A DNA stretch of 64,000 nt from an uncultured Flavobacteriales bacterium (GCA_964447015.1 CAYUQU010000006.1:1841-65840); one strand, 5' to 3'. Shown: positions 28,579 to 37,300, numbered from the stretch's first letter. Notes: generated by a model not told the origin, from the sequence alone. Numbers and translations: made by a program.

Positions 28579-28613
28579 ATTTTTATTTTTAGTTGGTGTT
28601 AACTGCTGAATGT

Positions 28614-29159
28614 TTAATAATTATGTTTAATGTATTCTTTGCATCCAACAATAAGCGGAGTAAGGACTCTGTTTATGTTTAACGGAAACTCCAAATACTC
28701 TTTTGCATCGACATTAAATCGGTCGAAAAGCACGTCTCGTAGTTTTCTATGTCCAGAGTCCTGTTCATTATATCTACCCAATGAATGTGCATATATATTT
28801 CTCAACCTTCTCACGATTTCCACTTCGATGAATCCTGGGCTGTCCTTGTTTAAACTTGCACTTTCTCCAAGGAATTCATAGTAATTGAGAATAGCATATA
28901 ATCGCAGAACAAAGTTTTGATTAATGAAATGTCCAATATCATTGTTTTCCTTTCTTGATTCTTCGGTAAGGGCACTATTAAAACGTAACTCAAAGTTTAG
29001 TCCAGATTTTTGGAAGAATTCGGGCAATTGAATTACTGTTTGCCCAATTTGTGGTTCACCAATTTTCGGGAATCGAGCTCGGACTTTTATATGATACGAA
29101 CGAAACTCATCAATTTCATTAAATATTTCTTCAAGAGAAGCTTTTCGGATCTGTTTCAA
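28614..29159 (-). CDS. Hypothetical protein with HEPN-type RxxxxH motif
   Basis: Helical protein with VRRLRNIYAHSLG (RNxxxH). TTG start. Confidence 0.6.
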   Translation of the reverse strand: MKQIRKASLEEIFNEIDEFRSYHIKVRARFPKIGEPQIGQTVIQLPEFFQKSGLNFELRFNSALTEESRKENNDIGHFINQNFVLRLYAILNYYEFLGESASLNKDSPGFIEVEIVRRLRNIYAHSLGRYNEQDSGHRKLRDVLFDRFNVDAKEYLEFPLNINRVLTPLIVGCKEYIKHNY

Positions 29160-29167
29160 AGTGTTTT

Positions 29168-29305
29168 GCAGTTAACTTTTTGCGGATTGGCGAAGGGGAT
29201 TATTTAATCCACTAAACTTCCAAACACCGCTTAGGCTGCGAAATTAACACTAAATTTTTATTTGAAAGCACACGCCAGCCACTTTTACCAAGGCACTGTT
29301 AGCGG
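29168..29305. mobile_element. attC-like 138-bp imperfect palindrome
   Basis: On the minus strand it begins CCGCTAAC and ends GTTAACTGC. Inner arms ttggtaaaagtgg and ccccttcgccaa can pair. It ends 8 bp before the TTG of the HEPN gene. Confidence 0.55.
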
Positions 29306-29367
29306 AAGTTTTTTGTTGAAGTTAACCAATAGCTTAATTAATCCTTGTGTGTTTGGAATCTTTGTTT

Positions 29368-29375
29368 TATGTTTG
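29368..29375 (+). promoter_or_regulatory. Bacteroidota sigma-70 -7 box of the TAC operon
   Basis: TATGTTTG, 22 nt upstream of the toxin start. Confidence 0.6.
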
Positions 29376-29397
29376 CACTTTACTAATAGGTTAAGTC

Positions 29398-29784
29398 TTG
29401 GAGAATTTCTATTTACTTTGTGAATGCCATCAGAATAAATTTAGAGTTTATCTAAATCAAAGCAATTCTGACTTGACAAAAAAGTTCACTGAAATAAATA
29501 GAAATGAAAAGTTGACAAGAAAGTTTGTATTAGTGATAGAAGCGATAAAAAATAAGACGGAGAATAAAACCCAATATAATTGGGAAGAAGATTTTGAATT
29601 TGGAAAAGTGTATGCAATAAAAATTGATTCACATAGGTTTTACACGCTTCAAACTACAAATGTAGGATATAGGGAACTTTATATTTGTAGATATGGCAAG
29701 AAAGAAAGTCAAGAAAATACCAAAAAATTGACAACAACTATAAAGACAATTCAAAGTATTCAAATCGAAAAAATAGAATTATGA
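29398..29784 (+). CDS. Putative RelE/HigB-like toxin of a TAC system
   Basis: 128 aa, basic; VYAIKI..HRFY...LYICRYGKKESQ resembles the HigB/Gp49 pattern RI.Y...LL..F.KK.Q. ATGA overlap with the HTH gene. Confidence 0.6.
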   Translation: MENFYLLCECHQNKFRVYLNQSNSDLTKKFTEINRNEKLTRKFVLVIEAIKNKTENKTQYNWEEDFEFGKVYAIKIDSHRFYTLQTTNVGYRELYICRYGKKESQENTKKLTTTIKTIQSIQIEKIEL

Positions 29785-30218
29785 ACGAAGTAACACAAAG
29801 ATTCTCTATTCAATCTTATATAGATAAGAATAGAGAAAAAATTGATGAATCTTTAATTAGCTTACGTTTAATGAAAGAGGTTGATAGATTTCTAGATTAT
29901 GAGAAATTAAGTAATAAAGATTTGGCATTAAAAATGGGATATTCAGAATCTTATATTAGTCAACTTATGTCTGGTGTCAAAAATGTAAATATTTCATTTA
30001 TTAATAAATTTGAGAAATGTTTTGACGCCAAGTTTGACTTTAAAATTTATTTAAAAAATGAGAAAGTTTTTCTACATAGATTGGATGAAAGAACTCAATT
30101 TAACATAAACATAAATTTAAATATGTTTTTAATCAGGGAAGACCATTCAATGTTTTCATTTACTCAAAATAGTAAATCAATGTTCAATGTTACCGATGTA
30201 GAATACAAAACTTTGTAA
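29781..30218 (+). CDS. XRE/HigA-like HTH antitoxin with C-terminal extension
   Basis: LSNKDLALKMGYSESYISQLMSG HTH followed by an aromatic/beta-rich tail (candidate chaperone-addiction region). Confidence 0.8.
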   Translation: MNEVTQRFSIQSYIDKNREKIDESLISLRLMKEVDRFLDYEKLSNKDLALKMGYSESYISQLMSGVKNVNISFINKFEKCFDAKFDFKIYLKNEKVFLHRLDERTQFNININLNMFLIREDHSMFSFTQNSKSMFNVTDVEYKTL

Positions 30219-30223
30219 TTATT

Positions 30224-30670
30224 ATGGAAAGTAAAGAGAAAGAAATACAATTTCAAATGAGAATTTCTTCAATAAGTGTTTTGAGATTTTCTCAGCATGA
30301 TATAGAAGAGTTTGATCCTAACAAAGTTGATGCGATAGAATATCAATCTGACTTCGAGGTGAAAACATTACATGAAACCAGTGAAATTGCGGTTGAAACA
30401 ACATTGAAGTTAAAGGTTCAAGAGCTGGATAGTTATTTTGGTGAGTTAAAAGTTTTGATGAAGTTTCATATTTCACCATTTGATACCGTGATAAAAAAAG
30501 TTGATGATGGATATCAAATTCCTGATTTATTAATATTCAATTTATTTAATATTCTAATTGGTACAATAAGAGGGATTTTATATGAAAAATTAAGAGGAAC
30601 GATACTCCAAAATGAAGTTTTACCGCTTTTTGATGTTAGAGATTTAATGAATGCAAAAAAAATTAAATAA
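30224..30670 (+). CDS. SecB-like chaperone
   Basis: 148 aa, acidic, with four beta-strands, then GTIRGILYEKLRGT.LQNEVLPLFD (SecB-like helix plus LP motif). Confidence 0.8.
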   Translation: MESKEKEIQFQMRISSISVLRFSQHDIEEFDPNKVDAIEYQSDFEVKTLHETSEIAVETTLKLKVQELDSYFGELKVLMKFHISPFDTVIKKVDDGYQIPDLLIFNLFNILIGTIRGILYEKLRGTILQNEVLPLFDVRDLMNAKKIK

Positions 30671-30881
30671 GACATCTTTTATTGTGTATGAAGATGAAAC
30701 ATTTTGATTTCTTGTTTGTTGCGAAGCTCTAGCTAACTAATTTATAATCTATGTTTTATAACACCTTACTTCCTATCAGAGTGCAATAGTCGCTACTTCA
30801 TTGCGTATTATTTTCATAAGCCTAAATATAGCTTTTATTCCTATAAATCAGTAAAAGCTTTTCCATAGAAACCCCAATTTA

Positions 30882-31008
30882 CTACCTCAATTCCTCCCCC
30901 AACTTCTCAAAATCAATCCCATCAAAATTCCCTGAGCTCATCATGAGGAGGGCTTTGTTGTGCCAACTTTGTGCGCGAATGTGGTTGAGGACGTGCTCGG
31001 CTTTGTTC
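30882..31008 (-). repeat. 127-bp direct repeat of the mpl 3' end (copy 2)
   Basis: Matches 32641-32767 with 5 substitutions; translates NKAEHVLNHIRAQSWHNKALLMMSSGNFDGIDFEKLGEELR*. Confidence 0.97.
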
Positions 31009-31098
31009 CTTATTCTTTTGAAATAATTCTGACGTGATCTCGCATTTAGGTGAGGTAGAGAGACGGGATTTTCGTTCTTTTTATTTATTCTTTCCCTA

Positions 31099-31214
31099 TT
31101 GAAGTGAAGCCAAAATGGTGTTTATTTTTGTATTTTGGCTGCACTTCAATTTAATTTATTATCTCTAAAAGCAGCCAAAATGATAAATATTTTATATTTT
31201 TGGCTGCACTTCAA
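31099..31214. promoter_or_regulatory. Tandem pair of inverted repeats (65-bp period) upstream of the ATPase gene
   Basis: ttgaagtgaagccaaaat (31099) / attttggctgcacttcaa (31132); gcagccaaaat (31171) / ttttggctgcacttcaa (31198). Confidence 0.8.
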
Positions 31215-31224
31215 AATTTTGCTT

Positions 31225-32634
31225 ATGCCTAAAAAAATCATAGGAAGAGATTTAGAGAAAGAAAGATTGGAAGACGCATTAGCCTCTCAAAGGTCGGAGC
31301 TGATAGCAATTTATGGACGAAGAAGGATAGGTAAAACTTATCTAATAAGAGAATACTATTCCAAACACATCATATTTAGCTTTTCAGGTCTAAGAAACGG
31401 AACTAGACCAGATCAGATTGAGAATTTTATGCTTGAGTTGAACGAATTCACAGACAAATTCAAAGATGAAAAGCCAGAGAATTGGCTTCATGCTTTCAGT
31501 ATACTAAAACAATTCTTAAAAGGAATACGAAAAACAAAAAGGAAGAAAGTCATATTCATAGATGAGTTTCCTTGGGTTGACACATTAAGATCGGGGTTCC
31601 TTCCAGCTTTTGAGAACTTCTGGAATACATACTGCACAACAAGAGACGATTTAATAGTAGTTATTTGTGGCTCAGCAGCTTCATACATGATTAAAAAAGT
31701 AATCAAAAATAGAGGAGGTTTACACAACAGGATTACACAAAAGATTAAATTATCCCCTTTTCAATTGAGAGAGGTGAAGGAATTTTTCGAAAACAAAGGG
31801 ATAAGTCTTCCTGATATCGAAATTCTAAAAATATATATGGCTCTTGGAGGAGTTGCGGAATACTTGGAACACGTCAAAGTAGGAGATTCATCAGTTACTG
31901 CCATTAATCGTCTCTGCTTCCAAAAAGGAGCTCAATTGGAATATGAATTTGATGAAGTCTTCAAATCACTTTTTGAGGAGGGGTCATATCATGAACAAAT
32001 TATCCAATCTTTATCCAAAGGGCCAAAGAAAGGAATGTTCAGAGATGAAATCCTAAAAGACCAAGGACTCAGTTCAGGAGGACAATTTACAAAATCAATG
32101 AATGAATTAATAGAGTCTGGTTTTGTCGAGAAATATCAATCATATCGAGAGAATAGAAAAATGACTCTTTATCGGATTTTTGATGAATTCTGCCTGTTTC
32201 ATTTACAGTTTATTGTTCCATTTAAAGGAAACCCTTGGACACAACTTTACACTAAAAAGGAGTACGAGTCTTGGAGTGGTTATGCATTTGAGATGGTTTG
32301 TTACAAGCATGTTGAATGTATCAAGAGGGAGTTAAAATGTGACCAGATTAATTCTAAGAATTACAGTTGGGTCAATAGTAAAGCACAAGTTGATCTTGTT
32401 ATTGATCGAGATGATAACATTGTAAATCTATGCGAAATCAAATTCTACAATGACACATGTAAAATAGAGGCTAATTATGCAGATAGCTTGCGAAATAAGG
32501 AAACTCAATTTAGAACCGAAACAAGCACCAGAAAGGGAATCAACACAGTAATGGTCACAACGTGGGGAATTACAGGAAAACATGCTGTTGGACTGGTCAC
32601 AAATAGTTTGACCAAGGAATGCTTGTTTAAGTGA
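31225..32634 (+). CDS. AAA-family (archaeal-type) ATPase with wHTH and C-terminal PD-(D/E)XK/DUF234-like domain
   Basis: Walker A YGRRRIGKT, Walker B FIDEFPW, C-terminal QVDLVIDR...LCEIKF. Start reassigned to ATG 31225. Confidence 0.9.
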   Translation: MPKKIIGRDLEKERLEDALASQRSELIAIYGRRRIGKTYLIREYYSKHIIFSFSGLRNGTRPDQIENFMLELNEFTDKFKDEKPENWLHAFSILKQFLKGIRKTKRKKVIFIDEFPWVDTLRSGFLPAFENFWNTYCTTRDDLIVVICGSAASYMIKKVIKNRGGLHNRITQKIKLSPFQLREVKEFFENKGISLPDIEILKIYMALGGVAEYLEHVKVGDSSVTAINRLCFQKGAQLEYEFDEVFKSLFEEGSYHEQIIQSLSKGPKKGMFRDEILKDQGLSSGGQFTKSMNELIESGFVEKYQSYRENRKMTLYRIFDEFCLFHLQFIVPFKGNPWTQLYTKKEYESWSGYAFEMVCYKHVECIKRELKCDQINSKNYSWVNSKAQVDLVIDRDDNIVNLCEIKFYNDTCKIEANYADSLRNKETQFRTETSTRKGINTVMVTTWGITGKHAVGLVTNSLTKECLFK

Positions 32635-32640
32635 GATCCC

Positions 32641-33993
32641 CTATTTCAATTCCTCCCCCAACTTCTCAAAATCAATCCCATCAAAATTCCCTGAGCTCAT
32701 CATGAGGAGGGCTTTGTTGTGCCAATTTTGCGCGTGAATGTGGTTGAGGACGTGCTCGGCTTTGTTCATTACGATTACTCTTCCTCCAAAGGCATTTTGT
32801 ACTTCAGAAACGGAGAGTTCGGGGAGTTTTTTGTTCGCAACGACGTCTGGGTTGAAATAGACGACCGCTACATCAGCTTTGTCCATTGCGTTTTTGTAGA
32901 GGGGTAGAAATTCCTTATTCAAACTGCTGAATGTGTGCAGTTCCATGTAGGCAAAGAGCTCTTTGTCTTCGTACTGTTCTTTTACTGCAGAAGTGGTGGC
33001 TTTCAGTTTGGAAGGTGAATGCGCAAAGTCTTTGAAAAGCACAAAATCGGGTGTTTCAGTCACTTTTTGAAGGCGCTTTCCTGCTCCAGTAAACGATTGC
33101 ATAGCAGTTAAGAAATCTGAAGGTTCAATTCCCATTGCGCGACCGATTTCCATTGCACCCATCATATTCTGAAGGTTGTGCTGACCGAAAACATGCATGT
33201 GATATTCGTGGTTGTCGTAGGAAACAATAGTGGCATTGTCCTCGACCATATATTTGGGTGTTTGGTAGGCAATCACATCCAATTTTCCCTGCCATTTTTC
33301 ACCCAATTTTTTCACTTCAGGATCTTCGGTGTTGTAAATCAATCGTCCGTTGGGTTCTATTTTTTGACAGAAAATATCGAATTGCTCCACGTAATTCTCA
33401 AAAGTCGGAAACACATTGATGTGATCCCATGCAATTCCAGATATCAACGCAATATTGGGGTGGTAAAGATGAAATTTCGGTCGTCTATCCATAGGGGAAG
33501 AGAGGTATTCGTCACCTTCCAGAATAGCGAATTTTGGACCGTGTTCCAATTTAACCATACAATCATACCCTTCAAGTTGCGCACCAACCATGTAGTTGAT
33601 AGGAATCGATAATTCCTGACACACATGCAAAATCATGCTTGTGATAGTCGTTTTTCCGTGACTTCCGCCAATTACAACCCGAGTTTGGTTTTTGGTTTGT
33701 TCGTAAATGTATTCAGGATATGAAAATACGGGGATGTTCAATTCCAACGCACGCTTCAGTTCAGGATTGTCTTCGCGTGCATGCATGCCTAAAATCACCG
33801 CTTCCGTTTGTGGAGTGATGCGTTCGGGAAACCAGCCTTCCGTCTCGGGTAGAATTCCTTCTTTCGCCAAACGTGAACGCGAAGGCTCAAAAATCTGATC
33901 GTCAGAACCAGTTACCTGTTCTCCCTTTCGTTTCAGTGCGATGGCTAAATTATGCATGGCGCTACCACCTATGGCTATGAAATGTATCTGCAT
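32641..33993 (-). CDS. mpl: UDP-N-acetylmuramate:L-alanyl-gamma-D-glutamyl-meso-diaminopimelate ligase (MurC-like)
   Basis: HFIAIGGSAMHNLA, GSHGKTTITSM, EGDEY, DFAHSP.K and MSSGNFDG motifs. Start reassigned to ATG 33993. Confidence 0.9.
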   Translation of the reverse strand: MQIHFIAIGGSAMHNLAIALKRKGEQVTGSDDQIFEPSRSRLAKEGILPETEGWFPERITPQTEAVILGMHAREDNPELKRALELNIPVFSYPEYIYEQTKNQTRVVIGGSHGKTTITSMILHVCQELSIPINYMVGAQLEGYDCMVKLEHGPKFAILEGDEYLSSPMDRRPKFHLYHPNIALISGIAWDHINVFPTFENYVEQFDIFCQKIEPNGRLIYNTEDPEVKKLGEKWQGKLDVIAYQTPKYMVEDNATIVSYDNHEYHMHVFGQHNLQNMMGAMEIGRAMGIEPSDFLTAMQSFTGAGKRLQKVTETPDFVLFKDFAHSPSKLKATTSAVKEQYEDKELFAYMELHTFSSLNKEFLPLYKNAMDKADVAVVYFNPDVVANKKLPELSVSEVQNAFGGRVIVMNKAEHVLNHIHAQNWHNKALLMMSSGNFDGIDFEKLGEELK

Positions 33994-34144
33994 GGTTTCT
34001 ATCTTTCTACGAAATTCGCAAAAAACACCGTTGAAGTTGATGTTTGTAAAATGAGTTTTACACAATTTTAAATGGAAAACAAGATTCTTCTTACCTTTAT
34101 GGCAAAACATACGTCTATAAGAGTAATTTGAAATCAACACAACT

Positions 34145-36385
34145 ATGAATTTTAAACACCTTTTAATCTGTTCATTTCTTCTTTCGTCAACTGTGTATGC
34201 GCAATTTGGGTTTGAACGCAGTAATCATATCCCAGTTATGTTTGCAGGGAATCCAATTGACATGGCTTGGTCAGGAGGCTTGAATTACGGTCAATTTTCC
34301 GAAATAGATATGGATTTTGACGGTCGAATGGATTTGTTTGTGTTTGATAGAAGTGATAACCAAATACGAATTTTCCTTTCTAAAAACGATGGAACGAATG
34401 ATTATTATGAAGAAGCGCCACAATATAGATTTTCGTTTCCATCAGACGTGCGTTACAGAGCTTCTCTTGTAGACTTTAATCAAGATGGTTTGCCTGATAT
34501 TTTTACTTATGGAATTGGCGGAATGAAAGTTTATCGCAATGTGGGTAATATATCAATCGGCCATCAGTGGGAGTTAGAAAAGAATTTGCTTTATTCGAAC
34601 TATTACGGAACGATGGGGAACCTTTACGTAAGTTCCAGTGATTTACCTGCTATTGTCGATGTGGATGGAGATGGTGATATTGATATTCTTACTTTTCATA
34701 TTGGAGGTGAGCGAGTAGAATACCATAAGAATATGAGTATGGAAAATTACGGCGTTCCAGACTCGCTCGAATATGTATTGATGAACGAATGTTGGGGGAA
34801 TTTTAGAGAAGACGCCAATACAAATTCTGTCATTCTAAACAGTGATGTTTTTCCTTGTGGAGACGCGGGAGGCAATATTCCAGATCCTGAAATAGGTCAA
34901 CTTGATTCGCTTAAAAGCAACCGTCATGCTGGCTCCACAATATTAGCAATTGACATGAATGGTTCGGGAGTCAAAGACTTGATTCTTGGTGATATTTCAT
35001 TTCCAAATTTGGTGATGCTCACCAATGGAGGCACAGCGCCAAATATGAATTCAGACATGATAGCGGTAGATAATAATTTCCCAAGTAACACCACTTCTTC
35101 CAATTTAAGTCTGTTTCCTGCTGGGTTTTATGTAGATGCTGATCATGATGGGGTGAAGGATTTGATTGTATGTCCAAACGCAAAAATCGTATCGGAAAAT
35201 CAGCGAAGCATTTGGCGTTACAAAAATTTAGGAACAAATGACAATCCGAACTTTGTGTATCAAGAGAATGATTTTTTACAGAAAGAGATGATTGATGCAG
35301 GCTCATCAAGCATACCCGTGATTGTTGATGTAAACGGCGATGGATTGAAAGATTTAATTGTGGCTAATTTTTATAATTATAAGCCAACGATAGATAAAGA
35401 ATCGCGATTTGCGTATTATCAAAACACGGGAACTGCTGCAAATCCTGTATTTACGTATGTGGAGAATGATAAATTCGGAATGAGTTCACTAGGATTAGGA
35501 TTACGTATTATTCCAACTTTTGGTGACCTTGATGGCGACGGAGATTTGGACATGATTGTTGGTGCAGAAACGGGAAGAGTACACTTGCTTAAAAATAATG
35601 CAGGAGCTGGAAATTCAATGGTATTTGATACTCCTGAGTATAATTTAACTGATGCAGACGGTGTAGAAATAACTGTAGGGTCTTACAGTTCTCCTTTCCT
35701 TGTTGATTTGAATAAAGACGGTTTATTGGATTTAGTAATTGGTAATAAAAATGGGATGTTGACTTACTATCAAAACACAGGAACAGCAGCGGAATATGAA
35801 TTCTCACTATACAATTCGCAATTAGGTCAAATTGACGTAGCGCCTTCTTCACCTGATGGGTATGCAGTGCCTTATTTTATTGAGATAGATAATGTTTGGC
35901 ATCTTTTTATTGGAGCACGAGACGGGAAATTACATTACTATACAGGAATAGAATCCAATCTTGACCCAGGAATGACATTTGGGTTTTCATCATCAAACTA
36001 CGCATTAATTGACGTGGAAGGCTACAGTGCTTTTTGGATAGAGGATGTGAATGATAATGGTGAATTAGAGCTTTTTGCAGGAAATGATTTAGGTGGAATA
36101 GAGCTTTTTGAGGCTGATCCAAATTCTTCTGTTGGGTTCGAGACGCCGTCTAAAAACTTTGAGTTGAAATTATATCCTAACCCTGCTGAAAACATTTTAG
36201 TGATAGAAGGCTTGAGGGCGAATTCTGATATTGCATTTTACGATTTTCAAGGACGTGAAATCATGACATTATCAGCCACAAAAGAGATTGAAACGGTTGA
36301 TGTAGAATCGCTTTCGAAAGGCTTTTATTTTATCGTAGTTTCTGATGGAAACACGAAATTTACAGTTAGATTTGTGAAAAAATAA
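34145..36385 (+). CDS. T9SS-secreted FG-GAP/VCBS repeat beta-propeller protein
   Basis: About seven DxDGDGxxD repeats; C-terminal LYPNPA...KGFYFI.V...TVRFVKK domain. Confidence 0.9.
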   Translation: MNFKHLLICSFLLSSTVYAQFGFERSNHIPVMFAGNPIDMAWSGGLNYGQFSEIDMDFDGRMDLFVFDRSDNQIRIFLSKNDGTNDYYEEAPQYRFSFPSDVRYRASLVDFNQDGLPDIFTYGIGGMKVYRNVGNISIGHQWELEKNLLYSNYYGTMGNLYVSSSDLPAIVDVDGDGDIDILTFHIGGERVEYHKNMSMENYGVPDSLEYVLMNECWGNFREDANTNSVILNSDVFPCGDAGGNIPDPEIGQLDSLKSNRHAGSTILAIDMNGSGVKDLILGDISFPNLVMLTNGGTAPNMNSDMIAVDNNFPSNTTSSNLSLFPAGFYVDADHDGVKDLIVCPNAKIVSENQRSIWRYKNLGTNDNPNFVYQENDFLQKEMIDAGSSSIPVIVDVNGDGLKDLIVANFYNYKPTIDKESRFAYYQNTGTAANPVFTYVENDKFGMSSLGLGLRIIPTFGDLDGDGDLDMIVGAETGRVHLLKNNAGAGNSMVFDTPEYNLTDADGVEITVGSYSSPFLVDLNKDGLLDLVIGNKNGMLTYYQNTGTAAEYEFSLYNSQLGQIDVAPSSPDGYAVPYFIEIDNVWHLFIGARDGKLHYYTGIESNLDPGMTFGFSSSNYALIDVEGYSAFWIEDVNDNGELELFAGNDLGGIELFEADPNSSVGFETPSKNFELKLYPNPAENILVIEGLRANSDIAFYDFQGREIMTLSATKEIETVDVESLSKGFYFIVVSDGNTKFTVRFVKK

Positions 36386-36395
36386 TTCGCATTTT

Positions 36396-37133
36396 ATGTG
36401 GGATGTACTTTTTACCGTTGATGGGCTAATCGCCTTGTTGTCATTAACTTTGTTGGAGATTGTACTTGGGGTTGACAACATTATCTTTATCAGTATTCTT
36501 GCCTCAAAAGTCAACAAAGACAAACAACGGAAAACCCGAAATTTAGGTCTTTTCCTTGCGCTTATCATGCGTATCTTACTACTTTTGGCAATAGGATGGA
36601 TTGTGTCATTAAAAGATGATGTGTTTGTTCTTTTTGATAACGGATACAGTTGGCGAGATATCATCCTAATTCTGGGAGGTTTGTTCTTGATGTACAAAAG
36701 TGTCACTGAAATCCATGTTAAAGTTACTGGTGTAGATGAAGAGTCTGAGCAAAAAAGTAAGGCAACAGTAAGAGGAGTTATTCTGCAAATTGTGCTGATT
36801 GATATTGTGTTTTCATTTGACTCCATTCTAACTGCAGTTGGAATTGTAGATGAAGTAATTATTATGATAGTTGCAGTGATTTTAGCAATGACAGTGATGA
36901 TTATTTTTGCTAAGAAAATTTCAGATTTCATCAATGAGCGACCAACCATTAAGATGATCGCACTTTCATTCTTACTTACCATCGGTTTAATGCTTGTACT
37001 CGAAGGTTATGGAGAAGAAGTACCAAAAGGCTACATCTATTTCGCAATGGTTTATGCCCTAATTGTCGAGTTTCTGAATATCAGAATGCGCAAGAATCAG
37101 GAAAAGAAATTGAAAGTAAGAGACAAAGGGTAA
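36396..37133 (+). CDS. TerC family membrane protein
   Basis: LEIVLGVDNIIFISI and QIVLIDIVFSFDSILTAVG motifs. Confidence 0.93.
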   Translation: MWDVLFTVDGLIALLSLTLLEIVLGVDNIIFISILASKVNKDKQRKTRNLGLFLALIMRILLLLAIGWIVSLKDDVFVLFDNGYSWRDIILILGGLFLMYKSVTEIHVKVTGVDEESEQKSKATVRGVILQIVLIDIVFSFDSILTAVGIVDEVIIMIVAVILAMTVMIIFAKKISDFINERPTIKMIALSFLLTIGLMLVLEGYGEEVPKGYIYFAMVYALIVEFLNIRMRKNQEKKLKVRDKG

Positions 37134-37135
37134 TT

Positions 37136-37300
37136 AGAGACTTTAAGACTCAAGACTACAAGATTCAAGACACGTTAATGCTTAGTTTTTATCAATAAAA
37201 TAATAAGATATAAGCGTGTGTTTAATATGAAACAATTGTCGGGATTACCTAAACCATGCTCATCACAAAGTCTTAAAATCTTGAATTTTGCAGTCTTGAG
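37136..37300. repeat. Inverted arms of AAGACT/AGTCTT tandem units
   Basis: gagactttaagactcaagactacaagattcaagac ... aagtcttaaaatcttgaattttgcagtcttgagt. Confidence 0.7.

Noticed and set aside
31099-31214. CRISPR array interpretation of the repeats
   Set aside because: The units alternate in orientation, there are only four, and no cas genes are present.
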